From Candidatus Sumerlaeota bacterium (GTDB lineage: Bacteria > Sumerlaeota > Sumerlaeia > Sumerlaeales > Sumerlaeaceae): a stretch of DNA of 64,000 nucleotides. Position 1 is the first letter of the stretch; each line of letters starts with the position of its first letter. Of this stretch, positions 29,622 to 39,631 are shown piece by piece. The position numbers and the translations under genes were made by a program. The DNA is taken from contig JAPLSQ010000084.1 of NCBI GenBank assembly GCA_026398535.1, positions 2,313 through 66,312 of the forward strand. Reading direction: 5' to 3'. The notes under the pieces are model-generated. The model was not told where the DNA came from. It worked only from the letters and a program-made list of their open reading frames with translations, and ran no database searches.

Positions 29622-32600
29622 ATGTTTAACAAATTCATTAGCAGACTGTTTGGCAATAAGCAGGCGCGCGACATGCGCAAGGTCCTGCCGCTTGTCGATG
29701 AAATCAATGCGTATTGTGAAGAATACCAGGCTCTCGATGACAGCCAGTTGAGTGCCCAGACAGATGAGTTTCGGCGGCGTTACGCCGACGGCGTTACGCT
29801 CGATGATCTGTTGCCTGAGGCATTTGCTGTCGTCAAGGAAGCCTGCCGCCGCAATCTTGGAAAGAAGTGGATGGCCGCGGGCATTGAGATCACCTGGGAC
29901 ATGGTGCCTTTCGATGTTCAGCTTGCGGGCGCCATTGTGATGCACCATGGCAAGATCGCCGAAATGGCGACCGGCGAGGGAAAAACCCTCGTGGCCATCA
30001 TGCCTCTTTATCTCAACGCCATCGCCGGCAAGGGCGTCCATCTTATCACTGTCAATGACTACCTGGCGCGGCGCGACAGTGAGTGGATGGGCCAGATTTT
30101 CAATTTTCTTGGCATGAGCGTGGGCTGCCTCGACAAAACCGAACCAAGCACGCCCGAACGCCGCGCCATGTATGCCTGCGACATCACCTATGGCACCAAC
30201 CACGAATTCGGCTTTGATTACCTGCGCGACAACATGGTGCACGAGGCTGACCAGATGGTTCAGCAGCGCGGGCATTTCTACGCCATCGTCGATGAGGTGG
30301 ACAATATTCTCATCGATGAGGCGCGCACCCCGCTCATTATCAGCGGACCTGTTGACCGCTCCACGCACCGCTACGACGAGATCAAGCCGCTGGTTTATGA
30401 TCTGGTGAAAAAACAGAATGAGATCGTGAACCGCTACGTGTCCCAGGCGGAGGAGACGCTCAAATCCAATCCCAAATACGAGGAGGGGGGCATGGCGTTG
30501 CTGCGGGCGCAGCGCGGCCTGCCCAAGCACAAACGGCTCGTCAAGATGCGCAGCGAACCAGGCATGCAGACGCTCATCGAAAAAACCGAGCTGGGCTTCA
30601 TGGCCGAAAAAAGGATGTACGATGTTGACGAGGGCCTTTACTACGTTGTGGATGAAAAGGGACATCAGATTGATCTGACCGACCTCGGCCGCAACACACT
30701 GTCGCCAACCAATCCCAAGCTGTGGGAGGTGCCAGACATCGTCGAGGAAATCGCCGCCGTCGAAGCAGGCGATTTTGACCTGATCGAGCTCAACGACGGC
30801 CAGAAATTGCTGCTCAACGGGCGCGAACACGAACGCGCCGCCGCCAAGAAACCGGACGGCAGTTATGAAGTCCACCGGCACGACGGCATCCAGCGCATCG
30901 CCGCACAGAAAATCGTCCGCATCATCCCCGGCAGCGAAGTCCCTCAAGAGGAACGTGACACGCGCAAGGAGGACGTACGCAACGAGCATGCCATTCAGAC
31001 CGAGAAGCTCCACAACATCTCCCAGTTGTTGCGCGCCTACTCGCTGTATGAAAAAGATGTCGAATACGTCGTCCAGGACAACAAGGTCATCATCGTTGAC
31101 GAGTTCACGGGACGCCTGATGAACGGACGGCGATGGAGCGATGGTCTGCACCAGGCCGTCGAATGCAAGGAGGGCGTGGAGATTGAGATTGAGACACAGA
31201 CGCTCGCCACGATCACCCTGCAAAACTATTTCCGCATGTACAAGAAGCTCGCCGGCATGACGGGAACCGCCGAAACCGAAGCGGCGGAATTTGCGCACAC
31301 TTACAACACGGATGTTGTGGTCGTCCCGACCAACCAGCCATGCATCCGCGCGGATCAGAACGATCTCATTTACAAGACGAAGCGCGAGAAGTACAACGCG
31401 ATCATCAGTGAAATCGCCCGCTGCTGCCAGGAGAAGCTGCCCGTGCTCGTCGGCACGGTCAGCGTCGAGGTCAGCGAGCTGCTCAGCCGCATGCTGGCGC
31501 GCAACAAGATTCCGCACAACGTCCTCAACGCCAAGAACCACCAGCGCGAGGCCGAGATCATCCGTTTCGCCGGCCAGCCGGGCGCGGTGACCATCGCCAC
31601 GAACATGGCCGGCCGCGGAACCGACATCAAGCTTCATCCCGATGTGGTGCACAAGGACGAGAAGGGGCGTCTGACAGGCGGTCTGCAGGTCATTGGCACC
31701 GAGCGCCACGAGGCGCGCCGCATCGACCGCCAGCTCAGGGGGCGTTCCGGACGCCAGGGCGATCCCGGACGCTCCATCTTCTGTCTCTCGCTCGAGGACG
31801 ATCTCATGCGCCTGTTCGGCAGCGAACGCATCGCGCGGGTGATGGACAGGCTCGGCATGCAGGAAGGCGAAGAGATCACCCATCCGCTCGTGACCCGCGC
31901 CATCGAAAGCGCCCAGAAAAAAGTCGAGACGCGCAATTTCGAGATACGAAAGAAAACGCTCGATTACGACAACGTGATGAACAAACAGCGCGAGGCCATC
32001 TACGGTCTGCGCAAGGAGGTCATCACGGGCGGCGATCTGCGCGATCTGGTGCTGTCCGTTCACTACGAGGCCGTCAAGAACGAGATCAACGAGTTCGGTG
32101 ACGCGAACCGCAACTCGGTCGAGTGGGACATCGAGGGATTTCTCACCTACCTCCAGCGCCACATCCCCTATGCGGATTTCATGCCGCATATAGAACAACT
32201 GCGCGGGCATGACGCCGACTCGTTCATGACCGAAATCCTGAAGCTGGTCGCGGAGGCCTACGAGGCCAAGCGCAAGCACCTCAACAACGACCAGCTCATG
32301 CGCGACCTTTGCCGCTGGGTCATCCTGCGCCGAATCGACACGAACTGGATTGACCATCTGCTGGCAATTGACGACCTGCGCGAGAGCATCGGCTGGCGGG
32401 GTTATGCCCAGCTCGATCCGCTTGTCGAATACCAGAAGGAAGCCTCCCTGCTGTTCGAGGACCTCATGTTCCGGGTTCACAAAGAGGTTCTTGAAAATCT
32501 TTTCCGCACCGAACCAGTGATCCAGGGGATCGCGCCGCCAACCGGGCAGATAATCCGCGGCATGCAGGCGCGGCGGGCAAGCATGGACGAGATTGTGCCC

Positions 32601-32828
32601 GCGGCGGCCATGCTCACCGACAGCGAGTTGCAGGAGATGGCTGAAGCCGGCGGCGCCGCGCCAGGAGATGGACGCGGCCGGCGCGCGGCGGGCGCCTCCC
32701 AGCCGTCCAATGTTCCGTACCGCGCCGGGCCGCGGGTGGGGCGCAACGACCCCTGCCCGTGCGGCAGCGGGAAAAAATTCAAGAAATGCTGCGGCGGCGC
32801 GCGCGTGACAATTGAAGATGCCGGTTGA
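29622..32828 (+). CDS. secA: Preprotein translocase ATPase SecA
   Basis: [54 protein letters not shown] motif [18 protein letters not shown]. Confidence 0.98.
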   Translation: MFNKFISRLFGNKQARDMRKVLPLVDEINAYCEEYQALDDSQLSAQTDEFRRRYADGVTLDDLLPEAFAVVKEACRRNLGKKWMAAGIEITWDMVPFDVQLAGAIVMHHGKIAEMATGEGKTLVAIMPLYLNAIAGKGVHLITVNDYLARRDSEWMGQIFNFLGMSVGCLDKTEPSTPERRAMYACDITYGTNHEFGFDYLRDNMVHEADQMVQQRGHFYAIVDEVDNILIDEARTPLIISGPVDRSTHRYDEIKPLVYDLVKKQNEIVNRYVSQAEETLKSNPKYEEGGMALLRAQRGLPKHKRLVKMRSEPGMQTLIEKTELGFMAEKRMYDVDEGLYYVVDEKGHQIDLTDLGRNTLSPTNPKLWEVPDIVEEIAAVEAGDFDLIELNDGQKLLLNGREHERAAAKKPDGSYEVHRHDGIQRIAAQKIVRIIPGSEVPQEERDTRKEDVRNEHAIQTEKLHNISQLLRAYSLYEKDVEYVVQDNKVIIVDEFTGRLMNGRRWSDGLHQAVECKEGVEIEIETQTLATITLQNYFRMYKKLAGMTGTAETEAAEFAHTYNTDVVVVPTNQPCIRADQNDLIYKTKREKYNAIISEIARCCQEKLPVLVGTVSVEVSELLSRMLARNKIPHNVLNAKNHQREAEIIRFAGQPGAVTIATNMAGRGTDIKLHPDVVHKDEKGRLTGGLQVIGTERHEARRIDRQLRGRSGRQGDPGRSIFCLSLEDDLMRLFGSERIARVMDRLGMQEGEEITHPLVTRAIESAQKKVETRNFEIRKKTLDYDNVMNKQREAIYGLRKEVITGGDLRDLVLSVHYEAVKNEINEFGDANRNSVEWDIEGFLTYLQRHIPYADFMPHIEQLRGHDADSFMTEILKLVAEAYEAKRKHLNNDQLMRDLCRWVILRRIDTNWIDHLLAIDDLRESIGWRGYAQLDPLVEYQKEASLLFEDLMFRVHKEVLENLFRTEPVIQGIAPPTGQIIRGMQARRASMDEIVPAAAMLTDSELQEMAEAGGAAPGDGRGRRAAGASQPSNVPYRAGPRVGRNDPCPCGSGKKFKKCCGGARVTIEDAG

Positions 32829-32907
32829 TTTCCCGCGGCGGGCGCGTCAATTTTTGGTTTTTCATGTGTTGGGATTGAGAGGATTCTGTTCTTTGAGGAA
32901 AGCGCTG

Positions 32908-33165
32908 ATGAGATTAGTGAAGTTGCTTGCTGTTTTATCGCTGGTGCTGTTTGTTTTTGGCGGATGCGCGTGGCGCGCGAAACAGCCCACGGGCTGGGGT
33001 CGCCCGACCACCATGGGGCTGAAATCCGCCGATCAGGTGGCGCCATGCTGCCGCGACCTGGCCCTTGGACGCATTTCGCTGGCCGAGTGCATGCAGAAAC
33101 CTGAATGCAAGGCCAACGGCAACCGTTGTTGCGCCAACGCCATCTCAGACATGTCGCCCAACTGA
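32908..33165 (+). CDS. Small cysteine-rich lipoprotein
   Basis: MRLVKLLAVLSLVLFVFGGC lipoprotein signal; mature part with CC...C...C...CC. Confidence 0.6.
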   Translation: MRLVKLLAVLSLVLFVFGGCAWRAKQPTGWGRPTTMGLKSADQVAPCCRDLALGRISLAECMQKPECKANGNRCCANAISDMSPN

Positions 33166-33220
33166 ATTCAGACCGGCTCGTCAATTAACCGGTACAGCGG
33201 CTCTTCCGCCCTTTCAGCGC

Positions 33221-33916
33221 ATGTTCAATCACATCATTGATTTGACCCACGACATCCGGCCGGGGATGCCTTTATGGCCGGGTGATCCCGCTGTCCGAAT
33301 CCGCGTGGTCGCGTCCATTGCCCGCGATGGTTATTTACTGCGCGCCATGGAATCGGGCGAGCATACAGGCACACACATTGGCGCGCCCGCGCACTTTGAG
33401 CCCGGCGGAATCACAGTCGAACAGATCCCGCCAGAGACGCTCGTGCGGCCTGCCATCGTCATCGACGTTGTGGAAAAAGCCGAAGCCAATCCGGATTATG
33501 CCCTCGTGCGCGGTGACATCACATTGTGGGAGGACATGCATGGCCGGATTCCGCACGGTTGTGTCGTGCTGTTGCGAACCGGCTGGCGCCAGCGCTGGAA
33601 CGATCCAACAGCGTTTCTGAACATCGGGATGGACGCGCTGCCCCATTTTCCGGGATTTTCGGCCGAAGCGGCGGGAATTTTGATTGATCAGCGCGGTTGC
33701 GCCGCCCTGGGAACCGACACACATGGCATTGATCCCGGCAATGATCCTCGGTTTCGCGCCGGGCGTCTTCTGGCTGCCCGCGGCAGGTATCACATCGAAT
33801 GTCTCAACAGGCTTGATGCTCTCCCGCCCGCCGGCGCGCTGCTTATCGCGGCGCCGCTGACCGTCGATGGCGGCTCAGGCAGTCCTGCCCGTATTTTCGC
33901 GTTTCTTCCCGATTAA
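33221..33916 (+). CDS. Cyclase family metal hydrolase (kynurenine formamidase-like)
   Basis: IIDLTH, PLWPGDP, HTGTHIGAPAHF, LLRTGW, GSGSPARI. Confidence 0.9.
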   Translation: MFNHIIDLTHDIRPGMPLWPGDPAVRIRVVASIARDGYLLRAMESGEHTGTHIGAPAHFEPGGITVEQIPPETLVRPAIVIDVVEKAEANPDYALVRGDITLWEDMHGRIPHGCVVLLRTGWRQRWNDPTAFLNIGMDALPHFPGFSAEAAGILIDQRGCAALGTDTHGIDPGNDPRFRAGRLLAARGRYHIECLNRLDALPPAGALLIAAPLTVDGGSGSPARIFAFLPD

Positions 33917-33964
33917 CGCACATTTTTCTGTGATGGTTGTATAATCGCGGAAGTTGGCGGCCTT

Positions 33965-36829
33965 ATGACGACTGAACCCGATAAAACCGATTATAAGAAC
34001 ACGCTTTGTCTTCCGCAGACGGCATTTCCCATGAAGGCGAATCTGTATCAGCGGGAAACCGAAATTCTGCGCCGCTGGCACGAGATCAGCCTGGATCAGC
34101 TCATCGCGCGGAAACCGTCCGGGAACGGGACTTACATTCTTCATGACGGCCCTCCTTACGCAAACGGTCATATTCATGTGGGCCATGCGCTGAACAAAAT
34201 TCTCAAGGACATCGTTGTGCGTCACCGCACGATGCTGGATTATCATTCGCCCTACGTCCCGGGCTGGGATTGTCATGGCCTGCCCATCGAGCAGAAGGTG
34301 ACCAGTGAGCTTGGGCCAAAGAAAGCCTCGATGACGCCCCTTGAGATACGCCGTCTGTGCGAGCAATACGCGCGCAAGTGGATGAAGGTTCAGAGCGAGG
34401 AGTTTCAGCGCCTCGGTGTTGGCGGCATGTGGGACAAACCTTACCTGACCATCGATCCGCGGGTCGAGGCCAGCATCGTGCGCGCGCTCGGTGAGCTCAC
34501 CGCGCGCGGTTACATTTACAAGGGGCTCAAGCCCGTCTACTGGTGCGTCAACTGCCAGACGGCTCTCGCCGAGGCTGAGATAGAATATGAAAACTGCGTC
34601 TCGCCCTCGATTTATGTCAAGTTTCCCGTGTGTGAGCCCGAAAGCAGGGCCGCCACGGCCGGCCTGCTCAACCCGGGCATCGTCATCTGGACGACCACTC
34701 CGTGGACCCTGCCCGCGAATCTCGCTGTTTCGTTGCATCCGGATTTCAAATATGTGGCGATAAGGGTGAAAACGCCGCGCTCCTCCGGCGATTTTCAATC
34801 CGATGCAAAAGGGGATGCCGAAGACTGGATTGTCGCCAAGGACCTTGTTGACGCATTCGTCAAAGACGCCGATTTGGGCGACACCGAGATTGTCAGAGAG
34901 ATCAGCGCGCGCGACCTTGAGCACATGCAATTGGAGCATCCTGTGCAACCCGGGCGCACATCCGTCGTTGTGCTGGGAACCCATGTGACGCTCGATCAGG
35001 GCACGGGCGCCGTCCATACGGCCCCCGGCCACGGCATCGAAGATTTTATCGTCTGCCAGGAATATGGTCTGCCGACCATCGTTCCCGTGGACGCGGCCGG
35101 CCGCTTCACAAGCGAGTTCCAGCTCATGGAAGGCATGCTCGTCTGGGAAGCCAACGGCCCCATCGTCCGCTATCTTGACGAAAAAGACATCCTCATCCGG
35201 CACAAGCCCTACGAGCACAGCTATCCCCACTGCTGGCGATGCCACAAGCCGATCATCTATCGCGCCACAGAGCAATGGTTCATGAATGTGGACCACGATG
35301 ACCTGCGCAAGAAATCCCTCGCGGAGATCGATGCGTCGATCAAATGGATCCCCAAGTGGGGACACGACCGCATTTACAACATGATCGCCCAGCGCCCCGA
35401 CTGGTGCCTGTCGCGCCAGCGGGTATGGGGCGTGCCAATCCCGGCGGTTGACTGCAAGGCATGCGGCAAAGCCGTGCTCTCGCCGGATGTCATCGCCAAA
35501 TTCGCCGCGGTTGTCGAGAGCCGTGGAACAAACGCATGGTTCGAAGATGAGGTTGAAGCGTTTCTGCCAGACGAATTCAAGTGCCCGGACTGCGGCGCAA
35601 GGGAATTCGACAAGGAGCACAACATCCTTGATGTGTGGTTCGATTCGGGCTCGACGCACGTCGGTGTGCTTGAGAGCCGCCCTGAACTGAGATCGCCCGC
35701 CGACATGTACCTTGAGGGCAGCGACCAGCACCGCGGATGGTTTCACAGCTCCTTGCTCATCTCCATGGCCATACGCGGCAAGCCGCCCTACCGGGAAGTG
35801 CTGACGCACGGTTTCGTGCTCGACGGCAAGGGCGAAGCGATGAGCAAAAGCAAGGGCAACGTGATCGCCCCCCAGGATGTAATCAAGAAATACGGCGCTG
35901 ACGTGCTGCGCCTGTGGGTGGCCTCGCAGGATCACGGTGATGACGACAAGGTGTCCAACGAAATTCTCGAACGCGTGGGCGAGGCATACCGCCGCATACG
36001 CAACACGATCCGCTACCTTCTTGGCAATCTCTGTGATTTCAATCCGGCAACCGACACCGTTCCCTACGAAGAATTGACAGAAATCGACCGGTGGGCGCTG
36101 CACCAGCTTCACGAGCTTGTCGTGAATGTGGCGCGCGCCTATGATGAATACGAGTATCACAAGATTGTCAGTTTGACGCACCCGTTTTGCGTGGTGCGAC
36201 TGAGTGCGGTATATCTGGATGTGCTGAAGGACCGCGTGTATTGTTCGGGCGCGAAATCGCACCCGCGCCGCGCCGCGCAAACCGCGCAATACGAGATCGC
36301 GCAGGCGTTGTTGCGCATGCTGGCGCCGATTCTCGTGTTCACATGCGACGAGGCTTATCAGCTTCTCGACGCGGAAACGCCGAGTGTGCATCTGCGGTCT
36401 TATCCGCAGCCGCCCGATCGTTGGCGCCAGCCGGCGCTCGCGGCCGAGTGGGAGCGCCTGCTGGCGGTGCGCGCGGATGTTCTGGGGGCGCTTGAAGACG
36501 CGCGCAAGGAAAAGAAGGCCATCGGGCAATCGCTTGAGGCGCGGGTTGTGATCGCAACCGCTGACAAGACGCTGATGAGCCTGCTGACGCCACGGCGGGA
36601 CGATCTTGCGGATCTGTTCATCACTTCCCAGGCCGAGCTGGCCGCCGAGCCGCCGGCCGAAGACGGCGCGATCACACGCCTTCAGGGCGAAAGGGCGCAT
36701 GTCACCGTTTATCACGCAACGGGCAGCAAGTGCGCGCGATGCTGGAAATTTTCGCCGTCCGTGGGCGGCGGCTTGTCACACCCGGCGCTTTGCGACCGGT
36801 GTGCGGATGTCATAAGGAGGCACTATTGA
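33965..36829 (+). CDS. ileS: Isoleucyl-tRNA synthetase (type 1)
   Basis: HDGPPYANG, HVGH, PGWDCHGLP, WTTTPWTLP, AMSKS, C-terminal CARC...CDRC. Confidence 0.98.
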   Translation: MTTEPDKTDYKNTLCLPQTAFPMKANLYQRETEILRRWHEISLDQLIARKPSGNGTYILHDGPPYANGHIHVGHALNKILKDIVVRHRTMLDYHSPYVPGWDCHGLPIEQKVTSELGPKKASMTPLEIRRLCEQYARKWMKVQSEEFQRLGVGGMWDKPYLTIDPRVEASIVRALGELTARGYIYKGLKPVYWCVNCQTALAEAEIEYENCVSPSIYVKFPVCEPESRAATAGLLNPGIVIWTTTPWTLPANLAVSLHPDFKYVAIRVKTPRSSGDFQSDAKGDAEDWIVAKDLVDAFVKDADLGDTEIVREISARDLEHMQLEHPVQPGRTSVVVLGTHVTLDQGTGAVHTAPGHGIEDFIVCQEYGLPTIVPVDAAGRFTSEFQLMEGMLVWEANGPIVRYLDEKDILIRHKPYEHSYPHCWRCHKPIIYRATEQWFMNVDHDDLRKKSLAEIDASIKWIPKWGHDRIYNMIAQRPDWCLSRQRVWGVPIPAVDCKACGKAVLSPDVIAKFAAVVESRGTNAWFEDEVEAFLPDEFKCPDCGAREFDKEHNILDVWFDSGSTHVGVLESRPELRSPADMYLEGSDQHRGWFHSSLLISMAIRGKPPYREVLTHGFVLDGKGEAMSKSKGNVIAPQDVIKKYGADVLRLWVASQDHGDDDKVSNEILERVGEAYRRIRNTIRYLLGNLCDFNPATDTVPYEELTEIDRWALHQLHELVVNVARAYDEYEYHKIVSLTHPFCVVRLSAVYLDVLKDRVYCSGAKSHPRRAAQTAQYEIAQALLRMLAPILVFTCDEAYQLLDAETPSVHLRSYPQPPDRWRQPALAAEWERLLAVRADVLGALEDARKEKKAIGQSLEARVVIATADKTLMSLLTPRRDDLADLFITSQAELAAEPPAEDGAITRLQGERAHVTVYHATGSKCARCWKFSPSVGGGLSHPALCDRCADVIRRHY

Positions 36830-36830
36830 A

Positions 36831-37688
36831 ATGGCGAAAAAACAACTGAAGGGCAAATCGCCCGCGACAAAAGTGAAAACATCAAAGTCAGGCGCCGTTA
36901 AAAAAGCCGCGGCGCTGTCTATATCGGCCCCGAAAAAGCCGGCAAAAGCCGGATCAAAAAAAGCAGCCCCCAAGGCAAAAATCACAACCGCACGGGCAAA
37001 GAAAACAGCCATTAAAACACCCGCCAAAAAGGCAGCCGTTGTGAAAAAACCCGCCAAATTGGTGAAAAGAGCGGCAGTGAAGAAAACTGTGCCGGTGAAG
37101 AAATCAGCAAAGGCCGAAAAAAAAGCCAAATCCGCGGCAACAAAACCTGTCAGAAAGACCCGGGCGACAGTCCCCGCAACAAAGTCTGCCGCTATGGCTA
37201 AGAAAACAACCGTGAGACACCTTTCCGTCCACCGTCCCGCCAAAGTCACGAAACCGGTCGCTGTGATCGCAGAAACTCAAATACCCCCGCCAAAACCCAA
37301 GCCGGCATATTCCCCGCAGATTCTGCAGGAATTGCGAGAGTCTCTTTTGCAGGAAAGAGCGCGCCTGATTGGCGAGCTCCGATCGCTCGAAAGCCGCACT
37401 TTCACCGATGGTTCTGAGGAGGAAACCAGCGCCCAGCAGCCCGGTTTTTCCATGCAACTCGCGGACTCGGCGGCCGAAAACATCGAGACCGAGATCGCGT
37501 TGGGCATCCGCTCGATCGAGGCCGACACACTCAACCAGATCAATGACGCGCTGCGGGCGATGGAACGCGGCGATTACGGCATCTGCCAGGGTTCGGGCGA
37601 ACCCATCGAGCTCGAACGCCTGCGGATCAAGCCGTGGGCCAAATATTCCGTCAAATTTCTCCGCCAGATGGAAGCCCGGAAAGCCTGA
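36831..37688 (+). CDS. TraR/DksA-family regulator with long Lys/Ala/Pro-rich N-terminus
   Basis: C-terminal LADSAAE...INDALRAMERGDYGICQGSGEPIELERLRIKPWA; ~150 aa of KK-A/P low-complexity sequence. Confidence 0.85.
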   Translation: MAKKQLKGKSPATKVKTSKSGAVKKAAALSISAPKKPAKAGSKKAAPKAKITTARAKKTAIKTPAKKAAVVKKPAKLVKRAAVKKTVPVKKSAKAEKKAKSAATKPVRKTRATVPATKSAAMAKKTTVRHLSVHRPAKVTKPVAVIAETQIPPPKPKPAYSPQILQELRESLLQERARLIGELRSLESRTFTDGSEEETSAQQPGFSMQLADSAAENIETEIALGIRSIEADTLNQINDALRAMERGDYGICQGSGEPIELERLRIKPWAKYSVKFLRQMEARKA

Positions 37689-37695
37689 CAATCCG

Positions 37696-38328
37696 TCAAA
37701 GAGGCTGTGTCAGGTTGTCGGGATTGATATTGCCGCCGGGACAGCGCTGGGTGCGGATGATGTCGCCCTCGCTGATTGTGCCATTGCTGGGATCGTAGAG
37801 ACGCGAGGGATTCCATATTTTGTCGGGGCCGACGCTGTTGATGCGCCATTCACCGCTCCATGCGAGCGCGGCGTCACGATACCGGTTGGCGAGGACGGGG
37901 TAATCCGCGCGGCAGGCTATGAGTTCCTTGATGTTTTCGTAGCCATAACGTTTCCAGATTCCGTCGGGGAAATAGGGTTCCTTGTCCCAGTTGCCGTTGA
38001 ACGGGCAGAGGATGTCGGATGATGCGATATAGGCGACGGGGGTGCTGAGGGCGTTGGGCGTGTACCACCACTTGAGATTGGATCCCTTGAGCACGGGCGC
38101 GCCGCCCGGGAATCCGGGTTCGATCATCGTGGGGGAGGCTGTATTGTCGGCGCGGTAACTTTCAAGGGCGGCGGCGATGGAAGCCATGTCACTTTTCGCG
38201 CGTGAAACCTTGGCGCGCGTCTGCGCTTCCAGGAAATTCGGCACGGCGATAGCCGCGAGCATCGCGATGATCGCCACGACAATGAGCAATTCTATCAGGG
38301 TGAATCCCCGCTGAGGAGAATCTTTCAT
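37696..38328 (-). CDS. Prepilin-type N-methylation (pseudopilin/GspG-like) protein
   Basis: RG/FTLIELLIVVAII cleavage site, VPNFLEAQTRAKVSRAKSDM, LSTPVAYI, SVGPD, YDPSNGTISEGDI. Confidence 0.88.
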   Translation of the reverse strand: MKDSPQRGFTLIELLIVVAIIAMLAAIAVPNFLEAQTRAKVSRAKSDMASIAAALESYRADNTASPTMIEPGFPGGAPVLKGSNLKWWYTPNALSTPVAYIASSDILCPFNGNWDKEPYFPDGIWKRYGYENIKELIACRADYPVLANRYRDAALAWSGEWRINSVGPDKIWNPSRLYDPSNGTISEGDIIRTQRCPGGNINPDNLTQPL

Positions 38329-38539
38329 TGGTGAAGCGCCAAGCATGAAGTCATTCCGCCACGCCCCGTGACATGTGCAAGATTTGTTCGCCCGCCTGGC
38401 ACAGGGCGCTGGCCTCAATCGGGGTATGTCTTTGTGAGCGCTCTCCCTGCTGCCGCTTGTTTCACCATGGTTCGTCATTCGCGCTGATGCGCGCAGCGGA
38501 ATGCGGGGAACGCCCCGGATTGTTTGTTGCAGGGAATGA

Positions 38540-39631
38540 CTATTTTCCAAAGAGCCTGTTGAAGAGCGATCGGAGGCTCACCTGAACCCAGCACCCGCCT
38601 GCCGGAAAAGACATGCTGCCTGATTTAAGATGATCCATGAGCGCCTGTTTCAGCTTGGGAATTGCTCCAAGGCCTGACAATCTCATCACGAATTTTGATT
38701 GAAACGATCCCAGTTTGCCGCCGCAGGGCTTGTTGTCGTTGATGCTGTCGATGCTCATGGCAAACGATTGCCCGGCACGCATGGCGTGAAGACGTTTTTC
38801 GGGCATTATGGCGGCGTCGAGTTGAAAGACAATCGTTTCGTTTCCGGCCGAGACTTCAGCGGGCATGCGCGAGCCGGACACGTTCACAATTGTCCGGCCG
38901 CTTGTTTTCAGCCGTTCGATGTCGTTATTTGAAAACTGGGTGTTGGGGATCTCGACGGTGATTGTTGTTTCGGCGCTGACCAGCAGGGGCGCTATTTCGA
39001 TTCCATCCATATCGCGCAGCATGATGCGGACGGTGTCATTGGGGCGCGCCGTGGTCGCGTGGTCGGCTGAAATGTCTATGTTGATGACGGCTTCGTCAAG
39101 GCGTGTGATTGTGGCCACGGCTCCGCCCTGGCGCACGAGTGATTTCTGCAATCCAGCGGCCAGCGATGGGGTCTGCCATGCGATCCATCCATGATCGGGA
39201 GCGCGCAATGTCATGCTTGAAATGCCATGTTCCGCGCTGAGCAGGCGTTTGTCATATTCAGCGCGGGATGCGGCGATTGCGCCGCCGCCAAACTGCCTGA
39301 GTTCGTCCGCCGCGGCGCTCATATGCCCGGTGAGGAGCAACTTCGCGGTTTGTGTGGGGTCGTCGGTCACATCAGCCAGAATGTCTCCCGCGCTGACGCG
39401 ATCACCGGTCTTGCGGGTGTTGCGCAGCACCATGCAGTCGCGCGGAGCCGCGACGGGAATCATCACGGGTGTGATGGCGGCCCAGCCCTGCGAATACATC
39501 CTCGTCTGAATGAACCATGTTGACGCGGCCGCGCCAATGATGGCAAGCCCCAGCAGGTAACCCGCCCATGTCACATATTTTGGGGTCTGGTCGTAAACGC
39601 GCTGTTTCCAGCTTGCAGACTTTGCGCTCAA
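38540..39631 (-). CDS. Divergent membrane-fusion/HlyD-like periplasmic adaptor
   Basis: N-terminal TM, lipoyl half-motifs VAAPRD...GDRVSAGDILA and LRAPDHG...VRQGGAVATI around a short helix. TTG start overlaps the upstream stop (TTGA), with a GAAAGGA SD. Confidence 0.55.
   Translation of the reverse strand: MSAKSASWKQRVYDQTPKYVTWAGYLLGLAIIGAAASTWFIQTRMYSQGWAAITPVMIPVAAPRDCMVLRNTRKTGDRVSAGDILADVTDDPTQTAKLLLTGHMSAAADELRQFGGGAIAASRAEYDKRLLSAEHGISSMTLRAPDHGWIAWQTPSLAAGLQKSLVRQGGAVATITRLDEAVINIDISADHATTARPNDTVRIMLRDMDGIEIAPLLVSAETTITVEIPNTQFSNNDIERLKTSGRTIVNVSGSRMPAEVSAGNETIVFQLDAAIMPEKRLHAMRAGQSFAMSIDSINDNKPCGGKLGSFQSKFVMRLSGLGAIPKLKQALMDHLKSGSMSFPAGGCWVQVSLRSLFNRLFGK

Noticed and set aside
29592-32480. 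962 aa minus-strand ORF
   Set aside because: Antisense shadow of secA caused by GC-biased codon usage; no motifs.
33875-36715. 946 aa minus-strand ORF
   Set aside because: Antisense shadow of ileS.
36831-37300. Tandem DNA repeat or array in the A-rich stretch
   Set aside because: Explained by Lys/Ala/Pro low-complexity coding of the DksA-like N-terminus.
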